Below, one piece after another: positions 51,066 to 64,000 of a DNA stretch of 64,000 nt (positions are counted from its first letter, which is position 1; each line of letters opens with the position of its first letter). Made by a program: the position numbers and the translations under genes. The notes under the pieces are model-generated. The model was not told where the DNA came from. It made no database searches and saw only the letters and a program-made list of their open reading frames with translations. Source of the stretch: Malacoraja senta (Eukaryota); contig CM075999.1 in NCBI GenBank assembly GCA_038087875.1, forward strand, positions 3,536,001-3,600,000. The letters are read 5' to 3'.

Positions 51066-53269
51066 GCCCCCCACCCAGCTCACCCCCTCCAGTCCCACAC
51101 AGGAGAGCTGTGGGCAGAAGATGGTGACACAGCCGTTTCACATCAAGTACCTTTAAATTATAAATCAAAGACAATGTGGAACAAAATATTTATTAATAAT
51201 AAAGAACCGAGTGATGGAGTTATTTAGTCACTTTGTCTGTCTTGGTGTTGGAGGGGTTATTGTGAATTTGCAGAGGGCCAACACCACCACGCTGTACTGT
51301 GGGCTGTGTGTTATACAGTCTCTTCCTCCACTCAGTCACAAGAGGAGGCCCGACACCAATAACAGGTCCAATGCATGTGGCTGGCAAGTTGCATCGGGTT
51401 ATTTGTTCAGCAATGACTCACTTGGATAATTTGCGAGTTCTTAAAGGAGATTTCTGCCCACGAACTGGGGCAAAACTGTGGTCCACGTTGTGTCTTTAAA
51501 ACCGCCCGCAAAATCACCGCCTGACAATATTTCACCAGCGCACACCAGTTCCAAATCAGTTACATCAAGCTTTTGCCCCAGTGTGGCACGGTGGCGCAGC
51601 GGTAGAGTTGCTGCCTCACATCGCCGGCGACCTGACCACGGGTGCTGTCTGTACGGAGTTTGTACGTTCACCCCGTGTCCGCGTGGGTTTTCTCCGGGTG
51701 CTCCATTTCCTCCCGCACGTCAAAGACTTGCGGGGCTGTAGGTTAATTGGCTTTGGGTAAAATTGTAAATTGTCCCTCGTGTGTGTAGGATAGTGTTAGT
51801 GTGCGGGGATCGCTGGTCGGCGCGGATTCGGCGGGCCGAGGGACCTGTTTCCGCGCTGTATCTCCAAACTAAACCAGTCCCTGCGGCTCTCGAATGGACA
51901 ACAAATAATGAAACTACGACCTTGTCTGCTTCTCATGGAGTAGGTCAGCACAGAAACAGGCCCTTCGGCCCAACTCGTCCATGCCAACCAAGACGCCAAC
52001 CAACATCCCTCTAAACCTTTCCCATCCATGCACCCGTCCAAATGGCTGTTAAATGTTCACAAGTTCATGAGTCAAAGGAGCAGAATTATAGACCATTCGG
52101 CCCATCAAGTCTACTCCGCCATTCAATCGTGGCTGATCTATCTCTCCCTCCTAACCCCATTCTCCTGCCTTCTCCCCCGACAACCACACTAATCAAGAGT
52201 CTATCTATCTCTGCCTTAAAAATATCCATTGACTTTGCCTCTGCAGTTGTTGTTACAGTCCCTGTCTCAATCACTTCCTCTGGCAGCTCATTCCATGCAC
52301 TCACCACCCTCTGTAGACACAATAGACAATAGGAGCAGGAGTAGGCCATTCGACCCTTCGAGCCATTCAATGTGATCATGGCTGATCATCCACAATCAGT
52401 ACCCTGTTCCTGCCTTCTCCACATATCCCCTGACTCCGCTATCTTTAAGAACCCTATCTAGCTCTCTCTTGGAAGTATCCAGAGAACCGGCCTCCACCGC
52501 CCTCTGAGGCAGAGAATTCCACAGACTCACAACTCTCTGTGTGAAGAAGTTGCCCCTCAGGATCATATTAAATCTTTCCCCCCTCATCGTAAACCCATGC
52601 TCTCTAGTTCCACTGCGTTTTCACCGATCTATTCCCCTCAAGATTGTGCAAAGCTGCACAGGATCACCCCTCATCCTCCTGCACTCCAAGGAATAAAGTC
52701 CCTGCCTGCTCAACCTCTCCCTGTAGCTCAGGCCCTCGAGTCCTGGCAACCCCGCTCACTCCCTCTTCTCCCCTCTCCCATCGGGCAAGAGGTATAGAAG
52801 TGTGAAAACAAACGCACACCTCCAGATTCAGGGACAGTTTCTTCCCGGCTGTTATCAGGGAACTGAACCGTCCTCTCACCAACCAGAGAGCGGTCCTGAC
52901 CTCCCATCTCCTGCATTGGAGACCCTCAGACTGTCTTTATGCAGACTTCATCAGACACTAAACGTTATTCCCTTTATCCTGTATCTGTACACTGTGGACG
53001 GCTCGATTGTAATCATGTATTGTCTTTCCGCTGACTGGTTAGCACGCAACAAAAGCTTTTCACTGTACCTCGGTAAATAAACTAAACTGAACTAACGTGA
53101 ATAAACTAGAGCATTTATTTTAGAGTTTAGAATTATATTGCAAGTTAGTGTTCCCAATATTGGGTATATTAATGGAAAAAAATTCTTGATAAATGTAGGA
53201 TGATTTTTCATTACTGTGCGTACTAGCACCATTTTATCTACACAAATACACAATGGGAATGTGTATATC

Positions 53270-54015
53270 ATAGAAACATAGAAATTAGGTGCAGGAGTAG
53301 GCCATTCGGCCCTTCGAGCCTGCACCGCCATTCAATATGATCATGGCTGATCATCCAACTCAGTATCCCGTACCTGCCTTCTCTCCATACCCTCTGATCC
53401 CTTTAGCCACAAGGGCCACATCTAACTCCCTCTTAAATATAGCCAATGAACTGGCCTCGACTACCCTCTGTGGCAGAGAGTTCCAGAGATTCACCACTCT
53501 CTGTGTGAAAAAAGTTCTTCTCATCTCGGTTTTAAAGGATTTCCCCCTTATCCTTAAGCTGTGACCCCTTGTCCTGGACTTCCCCAACATCGGGAGCAAT
53601 CTTCCTGCATCTAGCCTGTCCAACCCCTTAAGAATTTTGTAAGTTTCTATAAGATCCCCTCTCAATCTCCTAAATTCTAGAGAGTATAACCAAGTCTATC
53701 CAGTCTTTCTTCATAAGACAGTCCTGACATCCCAGGAATCAGTCTGGTGAACCTTCTCTGCACTCCCTCTATGGTAATAATGTCCTTCCTCAGATTTGGA
53801 GACCAAAACTGTACGCAATACTCCAGGTGTGGTCTCACCAAGACCCTGTACAACTGCAGTAGAACCTCCCTGCTCCTATACTCAAATCCTTTTGCTATGA
53901 AAGCTAACATACCATTCGCTTTCTTCACTGCCTGCTGCACCTGCATGCCTACTTTCAATGACTGGTGTACCATGACACCCAGGTCTCGCTGCATCTCCCC
54001 TTTTCCTAGTCGGCC
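53270..54015 (-). mobile_element. CR1 LINE 3' fragment
   Basis: RDLGVMVHQSLKVGMQVQQAVKKANGML..LVRPHLEYCVQFWSP..RGDLIETYKI; ctatgttt tail. Confidence 0.9.
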
Positions 54016-56000
54016 ATCATGAGACATAGGAGTAGAATTAGGTCATTCAGCCCATCCAGTCTATTCCGCTATTCAATCATGGGTGATTTCTCTTTCCCAG
54101 AAAACTCCATACCGACAGCATCCGAGGTCAAGATCGAACCTGGATCTTTTGTGCAGTTCCACCTGCTGTGCCACTGTGCCAACCTTGCCTGGCAGTTCAT
54201 TCCATATACCCGCCACCACTTCATGCCCTGGAGATTTGTTTACTAATATTGATACTTGCGAGTCATAGAGTCATTGAGCATGGCAGCATGGAAACAGGCC
54301 CTTCGGCCCAACTTGCCCACACTGGCCAACATGTCCCATCTATTTACAGAAGCTAATTAACCTACAAACGTGCACTTCTTTCTAGCGTGGGAGGAAGCCA
54401 GAGCACCCGGAGAAAACCCACGCGGTCACAGGGAGAACGTGCAAACTCCGTACAGACAGCACCCGTAGTCAGGTTCGAACCTGGGTCTTGGGCGCTGTGA
54501 GGCAGCAACTCTACCGCTGCGCCACCCTGTACGTGTACATAACTTTTATTGTTGTTTATGATGGGTTCGACAGAGTATTAAGTTTCTTGCGGCTTTTTTC
54601 GGCGACTGCCGTCGTCATATCAGGATCGACAAAAGATTTTGAACATTTCAAACTCCAGCGGCGACAAAGAAAATGTTGCGACACTTGAAAAAACACCGCG
54701 CGTCGATACGTCATCACGCCGCAACTTTTTTCGGTGACCTGATACGTCAGTCAGTGATGCCGGCAGTCACCGAACAAAAATCGCCAAGTGGGACAGGCCC
54801 TTACGAATTTCATTGTTCCGGTTTGGGACACATGACAATAAAACTCATGACTCCCGAGTTGAGTTAATTGGAAATAACATTGAGCAGCGAGCGAGTGCAC
54901 ACAACCCCTCCACACCCTCTTGCAACGTCAGGCAAACACAGTGCGCCTTCATAAACTAACGAGCCCTTCAAGAGTTTAATACCTGCTCACTTCCTAACCA
55001 CATAACCCCACCTCTGCTGGCAGTACCGCCGGCATTTCTTCTTCTTGGCAAAGCTTCTCATCTGCGCTTTGTTCAGGAAAAGGAGAGTGGACATTCCAAA
55101 ATAGTAAATAAACCTTTTTCCAAAATTTTCTGAGAAACCTGTTCAGTAGTTTCTTAGTTTAAAAAAAAATATTTATCCTTCAGAAGTGTGAAAACGCACA
55201 CACACCTCCAGATTCAGGAACAGTTTCTTCCCAGCTGTTATCAGGCAACTGAATCATCCTACCACAACCAGAGAACAGTCCTGAACTACTATCTACCTCA
55301 TTGGTGACCCTCCATCAGGCTCTTGGACACTACACAATATGAACCATTACGTCAGCAGCAACTACTATCTAACAAGGACTTGTAGGAAGGAACTGCCAGC
55401 GCTGGTTTCAACCGAAGATAGACATAAAAAGCTGGAGTAATTCAGCGGGTCAGGCAGCATCTCTGGACGGAAGGAATAGTTGACGTTTTGGGTCGAGACC
55501 CTTCTTCAGACCGAGTCAAGGGAGAGGGAGAGTAGAGATATGGAAGGGTAAGGTGTGAAAAGGATAGATCAAAGGGGACGATGCACAAAATGCTGGAGTA
55601 ACTCAGCGGGTCAGGCAGCATCTCTGGATAGAAGGAATGGGTGACATTTCGGGTCGACACTCTTCATCAGACTGAGAGTCAGGGGAGAGGGAGACAAGAG
55701 AGATGGAAGGGTCGAGACTTCATCAGACTGAGAGTCAGGGGAGAGGGAGACGAGAGATAGCCTGGGCTCAACGCTCCCCCATTTCATGCCAGAGGCTTCT
55801 GGGCCTTTATTTGAACTCCAAAGCTGATTTTTCTCCGGCCACGAACAAAATAAGATTATGTAATTCACGGGGAGACTAATGCATCACTACTCAACATCTT
55901 ATTGATGTTACATTTTTTTGTTTAGTTCAGAGATACAACATGGAAACAGGCGCTTTGGCCCACCATGTCCGCACCGACCGGCGATCACCTCATACACTAA

Positions 56001-56247
56001 AGGGCCTGTCCCACTTGGTGATTTTATCAGCGACTGCCGGTGTCATATCAGGGTCGTCAAAAGATTTTGAACATTTCAAAATCATGCGGCTACAAAAAAA
56101 ATGTTGCGACACTTGAAAAAACACCGCGCGTCGATACGTCATCACGCCGCGTCACGCCGCATCAAGCCGCAAATGTTTCAGAGACCTGATACATCAGTCA
56201 ATGATGCCGGCAGTCGCCGAAAAAAATCGCCAAGTGGGACAGGCCCT
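56001..56247. mobile_element. Same MITE family inserted into a V-SINE
   Basis: Both TIRs present; flanks TAA/TTA; interrupts the SINE tail cacta|cactatccta. One-ended copies at ~54590-54801, 13649-13800 and 62990-63212. Confidence 0.75.
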
Positions 56248-56300
56248 TTACACTATCCTACACACACCAGGGACAATTTACAATTTAATCCAAGTCAATT

Positions 56301-56500
56301 NNNNNNNNNNNNNNNNNNNNNNNNNNNNNNNNNNNNNNNNNNNNNNNNNNNNNNNNNNNNNNNNNNNNNNNNNNNNNNNNNNNNNNNNNNNNNNNNNNNN
56401 NNNNNNNNNNNNNNNNNNNNNNNNNNNNNNNNNNNNNNNNNNNNNNNNNNNNNNNNNNNNNNNNNNNNNNNNNNNNNNNNNNNNNNNNNNNNNNNNNNNN
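56301..56500. other. Assembly gap (200 N)
   Basis: Run of N; a SINE on the left abuts a CR1 on the right. Confidence 1.
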
Positions 56501-59500
56501 AAAAATATCCATTGACTTGGCCTCCACAGCCTTCTGTGGCAATGAATTCCACAGATTCACCACCCTCTGACTAATGTAATTCCTCTTCATCTCCTTCCTA
56601 AAGGTACGTCCTTTAATTCTGAGGCTGTGCCCTCTAGTCCTAGACTCTGGCGCAGCGATAGAGTTGCTGCCTCACAGCGCTTGCGACCCATGTTCGATCC
56701 TGACCACGGGTACTGTCTGTACGGAGTTTGTACCTTCTCCCGTGACCTGCATGGGTTTTCTCCAAGATCTTCGGTTTCCTTCTACACTCCAGAGTCGTAC
56801 AGGTTTGTAGGTTAATTGGCTTGGTACAAAATGTAAGATTGTTCCCAGTGTGTGTAGGATAGTGTTAGTGTACGGGGTGATTGCTGGTTGGTGCAGACTC
56901 GGTGGGCCGAAGGGCCTGTTTCTGCGCTGTATCTCTGAACTAAACTATACTGAATTAAACATTTCACCCTAGTCATTGGAATGCATTTTGGAGACAAAGT
57001 TGGAAAAGGTATGGTGGCTAAATAAAATGTTTAGCTGGCCTAGAGATGAAATTTCTCCAGGATTACTCAATGATTGGGACACTTTATGAAGGTGAGCTGA
57101 ATTATTAGCAACAAAAGCCACAAGCTTGAATTAGCTGGAGGAATGTTTAATGAATAGGCTGCCCTCTAGTGCAGTAAATAATTGGCTGGGTGCAAGCGTT
57201 TAGTTTGGAGATACAACACGGAAACAGGCCCTTCGGCCACAGAGTCCGCACCGACCAGCGATCCCTGCATACTACCACTATCCTACACACACACACACAC
57301 TAGGGATAATTTTACATTTATGCCAAGCCAATTAATCTACAATCCTGCACGTCTTTGGAGTGTGGGAGGAAACCGGAGCACCCGGAGGAAACCCACGCAG
57401 GTCACGGGGAGAACGTACAAACTCCGTACAGACAGCACCCGTAGTCAGGATCGAACCCGGGTCTCTGGCGCTGTGAGGCAGCAACTCTACCGCTGCGCCA
57501 CCGTGTCGATTGTGTTCATATTTAATGTGTTCATAAATGTAATAGATTGCGAGCTAACTCATTTTCTAGTAATCCAGCACTGGATTTCACCATGGGGAGT
57601 TGCAGAGAGTGCAGAGTTAAACTGTCCCTCGGAAGTTCATAAATCCATACGTGATAGAAGCAGAATGAGGCCATTCTGTCCATCAAGTCTACTCCGCCAT
57701 TCAATCATGGCTGATCCATCCTCCCTCTGAACCCCATTCCCCTGCCTTCTCCCCATAACCTCTGACACCTGTACTAATCAACAATCGATCTATCTCTGCC
57801 TTAAAAATATCCACTGACAATCTCTGCCACCGTCTGTGGCAAAGAATTCCACAGATTCACCTCTGTTTGACTAAAGAGTGAATGAATGAATGAATGAATA
57901 AGTCTATTGGCCAAGTATTCACATACAAGGAATATGCCTTGGTGCTCCGCCCACAAGTGACAACATGACATACAGTGACAATTAGGAATGATACCTAAAA
58001 CATTAAACATTAATAATAAAACATTATTGGTTAAAAATGTGAATTAAATAAAATACCAGAGCAAAAGAAGGCTACAGATTTTTGGTTATTGAGTAGAGCT
58101 ACTACTCGTGGAAAAAAAGCAGTTTTTGCGTCCGGCTGTGGCAGCTTTGACAGTCCGGAGTCGCCTTCCAGAGGGAAGTGATTCACAGAGTTTGTGGCCA
58201 GATGAAGAGGGGTCAGAGATGATCTTGCCCGCTCGCTTCCTGGCCCTTGCAGTGTACAGTTCATCAAAGGGTGAGGGATTGGGTGGAGGAGTTCCACTGG
58301 AGGGTCGGGCAACCAGGACGGTGGCTCAGCAGCGCACCGTGGTGTAAAGAGGGGACATCTAAGCACGGTGGAAGACATGGCCATCCACAGCAGCCAAGGG
58401 AGTTTCCAGCCGTAACGTCTAACATCGACACTGGAATCCCGATCCAGCCCAGAGGGTGGGGTTGTTCATGTTCGAGAGGCAACGGCCTCTCCTACTTCAT
58501 CTGCCCCACGCAGTGTCTTTTGTGCAAGTCTATGCAGACCATCACACAAAACCAACCTCCCTTCCATCGACTCCATCTACACCTCACGCTGCCTCGACAA
58601 GGCCAGCAGCATCATCAAGGACCAGTCTCACCCCGGCCACTCTCTCTTCTCCCCCCTCATCAGGCAAGAGGAACAGAAGTGTGAAAACGCACACCTCCAG
58701 ATTCAGGGACAGTTTCTACCCAGCTGTTATCAGGCAACTGAACCATCCTACCACAACCAGAGAGCGGTGCTGAACTATCTACCTCTTTGATATCCCTTGA
58801 ACTATCCTTGACCAAACTTTGCTGGCTTTACCTTGCACTAAACGTTATTCCCTTATCGTGTATCTTTAATGTATTAATTGTAATCATGTATCGTCTTTCC
58901 ACTGACTGGTTAGCACGCAACAAAATGCTTTTTCACTGTATGTAGGGAGGAACTGCAGATGCTGGTTTAAACCATAGACACCAAATGCTGGAGTAACTCA
59001 GCAGGACAGGCAGCATCTCTGGAGAGAAGGAATGGGTGACCCTTCTTCTTTCACTGTACCTCGATACACATGACAATAAACATGTAAGATTATTAAGGGT
59101 TTAGACACGCTAGAGGCAGGAAACATGTTCCCGATGTTGGGGGAGTCCAGAACCAGGGGCCACAGTTTAAGAATAAGGAGTAAGCCATTTAGAACAGAGA
59201 CGAGGAAACACTTTTTCTCACAGAGAGTGGTGAGTCTGTGGAATTCTCTGCCTCAGAGGGCGGTGGAGGCCGGTTCTTTGGATACTTTCAAGAGCGAGCT
59301 AGATAGGGCTCTTAAAAATAGCGGAGTCAGGGGATATGGGGAGAAGGCAGGAACGGGGTACTGATTGGGGATGATCAGCCATGATCACATTGAATGGCGG
59401 TGCTGGCTCGAAGGGCCGAATGGCCTACTCCTGCACCTATTGTCTATTGCCCCAAACACCGGCCACCGAATGGTGAACGAGGTCTGATTGACCTGGACGA

Positions 59501-60017
59501 TGACACGTTGGCCTGGCTCGCCTCAACGGAGCTGCAGGTCTAAAAGACACACGGCAGAAGAAGAAGTCTATTGTGTATAATAAACTAAACTGAACTGAAC
59601 CATGCTGTGGTGGTCTACATTGGGCCATCACCAGATCCCAGGGGGGTCCATTATAGAGAAGTTTGGGTGGGGCCTCTGATGACAGACTAAGGGAATTGGG
59701 TCCCTGGGGGACACAATGTCAGTGATCATTGTGCTTCAGCAAACAGGCTGGGTAGCAACAGATGTCAGCATCAGGTCATGATTGAAGCCTCTCCACCACA
59801 GAGCAGTCTCCACCCTGCTCCTCTGCTAATTACCCACTGCTCGTCTCCCCATGCACTTGTTTTGCACGTTTGTTGACTGCTGCAAACGATGCTCTTTGTT
59901 CCGAAGACAGACACAAAATGCCGGAGTAACTCAGCGGGACAGGCAGCATCTCTGGAGAGAAGGAACGGGTGACGTTTCGGGTCCAGGCCCTTCTTCAGAC
60001 TGGATGCTCTTTGTCCC

Positions 60018-60103
60018 GACAGTCTCTGCCTCATCAGTGTGAAGAATGGTCCCAATGTCGAGACATTGGGACCATTCTTCACACTCATGTGGCAGAGACT
60101 GTC
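60018..60103. repeat. 86-bp near-perfect inverted repeat (42-bp arms, 2 mismatches, 2-nt spacer)
   Basis: gacagtctctgcctcatcagtgtgaagaatggtcccaatgtc-ga-gacattgggaccattcttcacactcatgtggcagagactgtc. Confidence 0.9.
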
Positions 60104-61154
60104 CACTTCCCTCCACGGATGCTGCCTGACCCACAGAGTATTTGCTCGTGGTTCCACCCTCTTGTCTCCCCACCAGACAATCACTGTTGCTTGTTTCCTT
60201 ATCTCGATCCTGGCATCGATGACATCCTTTAGTTTAGTTTGGTGGAGGGAACATTGAAACATGGAAGAAGGGTCTCGACCCACAACGCCACCCATTCCTT
60301 CTCTCCAGAGATGCTGCCTGTCCCGCTGAGTTACTCCAGCTTTTTGTGTCTGCCTATGGAAACAGGCCCTTCGACCCACCAAGTCCGCGCCGCCTAATTC
60401 TATCCTACAAACCAGTGACAATTTACAGAGGCCAACTCACCTACAAACCTAAGATAGACACAAAAAGCTGGAGTAACTCAGCTGGCCAGACGGCCTCTCT
60501 GGAGCCAACAAACCTGCACGTCTTTGGAGTGTGGGAGGAAACCGGAGCACCCGGAGAAAACCCACGCAGGTCACGGGGAGAACGTACAAACTCCGTACAG
60601 ACAGCACCTGTAGTCAGGATGGAACCCGGGTCTCTGGCGCTTTGAGGCAACGACTCTACCGCTGCGCCACCGTACCGACCAAAATCATCCCATTCATATA
60701 TTATATTCCTTTTTAAGTTTAATTTCCCTGATGAAGGAAATCATCCATACATTTTAGAAGGATGAGGGGAAACCTCATTGAAAGTTACGAAATAGTGAAA
60801 GGCCTGGATAGAGTGGATGTGGGAGAGTCTAGGACCAGAGGGTACAGGCTCAGAATAAAAGGAGGTAACTTTAGAAAGGAGATGAGGAGGAATTTCTTTA
60901 GTCAGAGGGTGGTGGATCTGTGGAATTCTTTGCCACAGAAGGCCGTGGAGGCCAAGTTCAATGGATATTTTAAAAGCATAGATTGACAGATTCTTGATTA
61001 GTCGGGGTTATGGGAGAAGGCAGGAGAATGGGGTTAGGAGGGAGAGATAGATCAGCCACGATTGAATGGCGGAGTAGACTTGATGGGCCGAATGGCCTAA
61101 CTCTGCTCCAGGTACTTATGGACTTACGAGGTGTGGCTAAACCACATGCATGTT

Positions 61155-61482
61155 ATCATTGTCAGAGTGAGGCCCAGCGCACATTGGAGGAACAGCGGCC
61201 CATATTTCATTTGGGCAGCTTACACCCCAGCGGTATGAACATTGACTTCTCTAACTTCAAGTTTAGCCCATGCTTTCCCTCTCTCTCCATCTCTCCCCCA
61301 CCCCCCCCCCCCCGCCCCCCCTTCCCAGTTCTCCCACCAGTCTTACTGTCTCCGACTACATTCTATCTCTCTATCGCCCACTCCCCTGACATCAGTCTGA
61401 AGAAGGGTCTCGACCCGAAACGTCGCCCATTCCTTCTCACCAGAGGCGCTGCCTGTCCCGCTGAGTTACTCCAGCATTTTGT
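61155..61482 (+). mobile_element. Penelope-like element 3' fragment
   Basis: HCQSEAQRTLEEQRPIFHLGSLHPSGMNIDFSNFK followed by ctgaagaagggtctcgacccgaaacgtc and the shared tail; same family as 1415-1945. Confidence 0.75.
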
Positions 61483-61822
61483 GCATGTTATGTTTAGTTT
61501 ATTGTCACGTGTACCGAGGTACAGTCTTCTTGTCGAGTCCACACACAAGATTCTGAGTTGTTCAGCCAGAGCTGAACACGCTTCTCGGCATCTGCATGCA
61601 ATGATGTCTGTCTTGTCGCTTGTTGTGCGTGGTGGCGGAAAGATTGGTGGAAAGAGGGCCGCGACGTGAACGCTCTTTCCTGTACCGAGGTACAGTGAAA
61701 AGGTTGTGATTCTGAAGCACGATTCTGCTAAGCCAGAACATTGTTGCGGATGATCCAACAATTAGCAAGGCTGCATTTCACAGTCTCATTTCTGCAAGAT
61801 ATTACCTGAAGAAAACCTCTTA

Positions 61823-62053
61823 AGGGCCTGTCCCACTTGGCGATTTTTTCGGTGACTGCCGGCATCATTTACTGACGTGTCAGGTCACCGAAAAATTTGC
61901 GGCGTGACGCGGCGTGACGCGGCGTGACGACGTATTGACGCGCGGTGTTTTTTCAAGTGTTGCAACTTTTTTTGTCGCCGTTGGATTTTGAAATGTGGGA
62001 GCCTGATATGACGCCGGCAGTCGCCGAAAAAATCGGCAAGTGGGACAGGCCCT
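61823..62053. mobile_element. PIF/Harbinger-like MITE with TTA target-site duplication
   Basis: TIR agggcctgtcccactt.../...aagtgggacaggccct extending about 45 bp imperfectly; TTA at 61820-61822 and 62054-62056. Confidence 0.8.
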
Positions 62054-62302
62054 TTACTGCAAGACGATAAACCCTGCTGTTCCTGCTGAGTCATTAATCC
62101 CTACATCACCTTGGTTCTGCGGCCGCCCGCTCCCCTTTATCTTTCTTTGTTTGCTCGACGGTTTGATTTAAAAAAAATTCCTTTCCTGGTTCTTTTATAA
62201 CCCTTACACGTTATTAGATTTTTTTTTTAATCCACACTTTCTCTGTTGCAATAACGCACTAATTCGCACCAAATGTCCAAACACAATGTAAAGAAAACTC
62301 AC

Positions 62303-62439
62303 CATGATAGACATTCGCTGTCTTCTGCGCTTAACTGCGCTGACACTTCAAAAATGCTTTTCTTCACATTGTGAACGTAGCAATAATTAAAACTAACAAC
62401 ATATTTGCATTCACTTTTTAATGATTGCGTCAGCAATCT
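62303..62439 (-). other. Candidate non-coding 5' exon
   Basis: Donor ATG|GTGAGT (GT at 62302-62301) and possible acceptor ccttttcttactcctgaag| in a TE-free patch. Confidence 0.3.
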
Positions 62440-63344
62440 CTTCAGGAGTAAGAAAAGGTCATGAACTTCCTCCTTCCCCTCTGTTATCAGGCTTCTGACC
62501 GGTTCTTCCATAAGCTAGGGTACTGTCCGATTCACCTCTACCCCATTGTGGACATTGGACTTTGTCTGTGGAACTGATGCGCTACAATGCTGAGAACTAG
62601 ATTCTGCTCTCTGTATCTTCCCCTTCGCTCCACATTTAGACTTTAAACTTTAAAGATACAACGCAGAAACAAGCCTTTAGGTCCACTGAATGCGCACTGA
62701 CCAGCGATCCCCGCACACTAACACTATCCTACACCCACATGAGGGACAATTTTACCGAGCCAATTAACTTACAAACCTGCACGTCTTTGGAGTGTGGGAG
62801 GAAACTGGAGCACCCGGAGAAAACCCACGCAGGTCACGGGGAGTCAGCAATCAGGATGGAACCCAGATCTCTGGCGCTGTGAGGCAGCAACTCTACCGCT
62901 GCGCCACCGTGCTGCCTGTTTACAAGCAGATGAGATCAACTTCTGATTCAGCAAGGAGTGGATTTAGGAGAATGAAAGTTAAATTGAGGCACCCGTCATA
63001 GTCGCAGCAGGTCACCGAAAATGTTCAACATGTTGAAAATCCAGCGGAGACCAGATAAAGGTACGACTCTTTGAGCAACTACTCACCACCATACAGGCGT
63101 CACCCCGCGACATGTCGAGACGTGAGTGAGTAGTCACCCAAAGTCGTACATTTTTCTGGTCACCGCTGGATTTTCAACACTTAGAAAAAATCGCGTAAGT
63201 GGGACAGGCCCTTTAGAAAGGAGATGAGGAGGAATTTCTTTAGTCAGAGGGTGGTGAATCTGTGGAACTCATTGCCACAGAAGGCTGTGGAGGCCGAGCA
63301 ATAGATATTTTTAAGGTGGAGATTGAGAGATTCATGATTAGTTT

Positions 63345-63775
63345 GGGTGCTCTGTACCCGTAAAGCTGCTCTGCACAACACCGGCTGACGCTTCTAAGGC
63401 CGTCTGGGTCAAGACAAGATGGAGAGACCAGTGGAAGTCAGCAGAACCATCTAGGCTACACCATTACATCGATGACCCCATGGACGTCCCTGGCCAGGAC
63501 CTGCCCCGAAAGCAGTGGACAACCCTCAACCACTTGAGGACAGGCATCGGACGCTATGGAGTAGCGATGAAGAGGTGGGGCCTCGTGGACAGCGAGAGCC
63601 TCCTGCGAGTGTGGGGACCCAACGCAGACAGTGGAGCACACATAGTCACCAGTTGCCCCAAACACCGGCCACCGAATGGTGAACGAGGTCTGTTTGACCT
63701 GGACGATGACACGTTGGCCTGGCTCGCCTCAACGGAGCTGCAGGTCTGAAAGACACACGACAGAAGAAGAAGAAG
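63345..63775 (+). mobile_element. RTE-X-like non-LTR retrotransposon 3' end (also ~42712-42880 minus, ~59448-59566 plus)
   Basis: PGQDLPRKQWTTLNHLRTGIGRY..MKRWGL, then a frameshifted C-x-C..H..CP motif and a (gaa)n tail right after the stop. Confidence 0.6.
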
Positions 63776-64000
63776 TACGGGTGTCAGGGTTATGGGGAGA
63801 AGGCAGGAGAATGGGGTTGAGAGGGAAAGAGAGATCAGCCATGATTGAATAGCGGAGTAGACTTGATGGGCCGAATGGCCTAATTCTGCTCCTATCACTG
63901 ATCAACATACACATAAAGGTTTTCCCTGTACCTCGGTACACATGACAATAATAAACCTAAATCTTGAGCTTCGCATTGGAACTGAGCCTCTGCCTCAGAC

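Overview
Vertebrate genomic DNA, most likely from a cartilaginous fish (skate/ray-type repeat landscape: CR1 LINE 3' fragments, tRNA-derived V-SINE/HE1-like SINEs, Penelope-like fragments, Rex1/Babar, Tx1, RTE-X-like ends, Harbinger-like MITEs, long CA/GT satellites, one 200-N gap). One protein-coding gene is supported: an AHDC1/Gibbin-like AT-hook gene on the minus strand. Its whole CDS (18530-22363, 1277 aa) lies in one large exon (predicted 22898-18502), followed by a ~17-kb intron and a terminal 3'-UTR exon (1366 to beyond position 1), with several candidate non-coding 5' exons upstream. The most notable observation is that both ends of the protein appear eroded while the GC-rich core is intact. 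A conserved N-terminal AHDC1 motif survives upstream of the CDS in a different frame, broken by stop codons, and the terminal FTVT motif is also out of frame. Many short, TSD-flanked, often palindromic Penelope-derived elements carry a minimal hammerhead-ribozyme-like core. Comparisons with human AHDC1, NEXMIF and REV3L are from memory, not computed alignments. Repeat boundaries are approximate.
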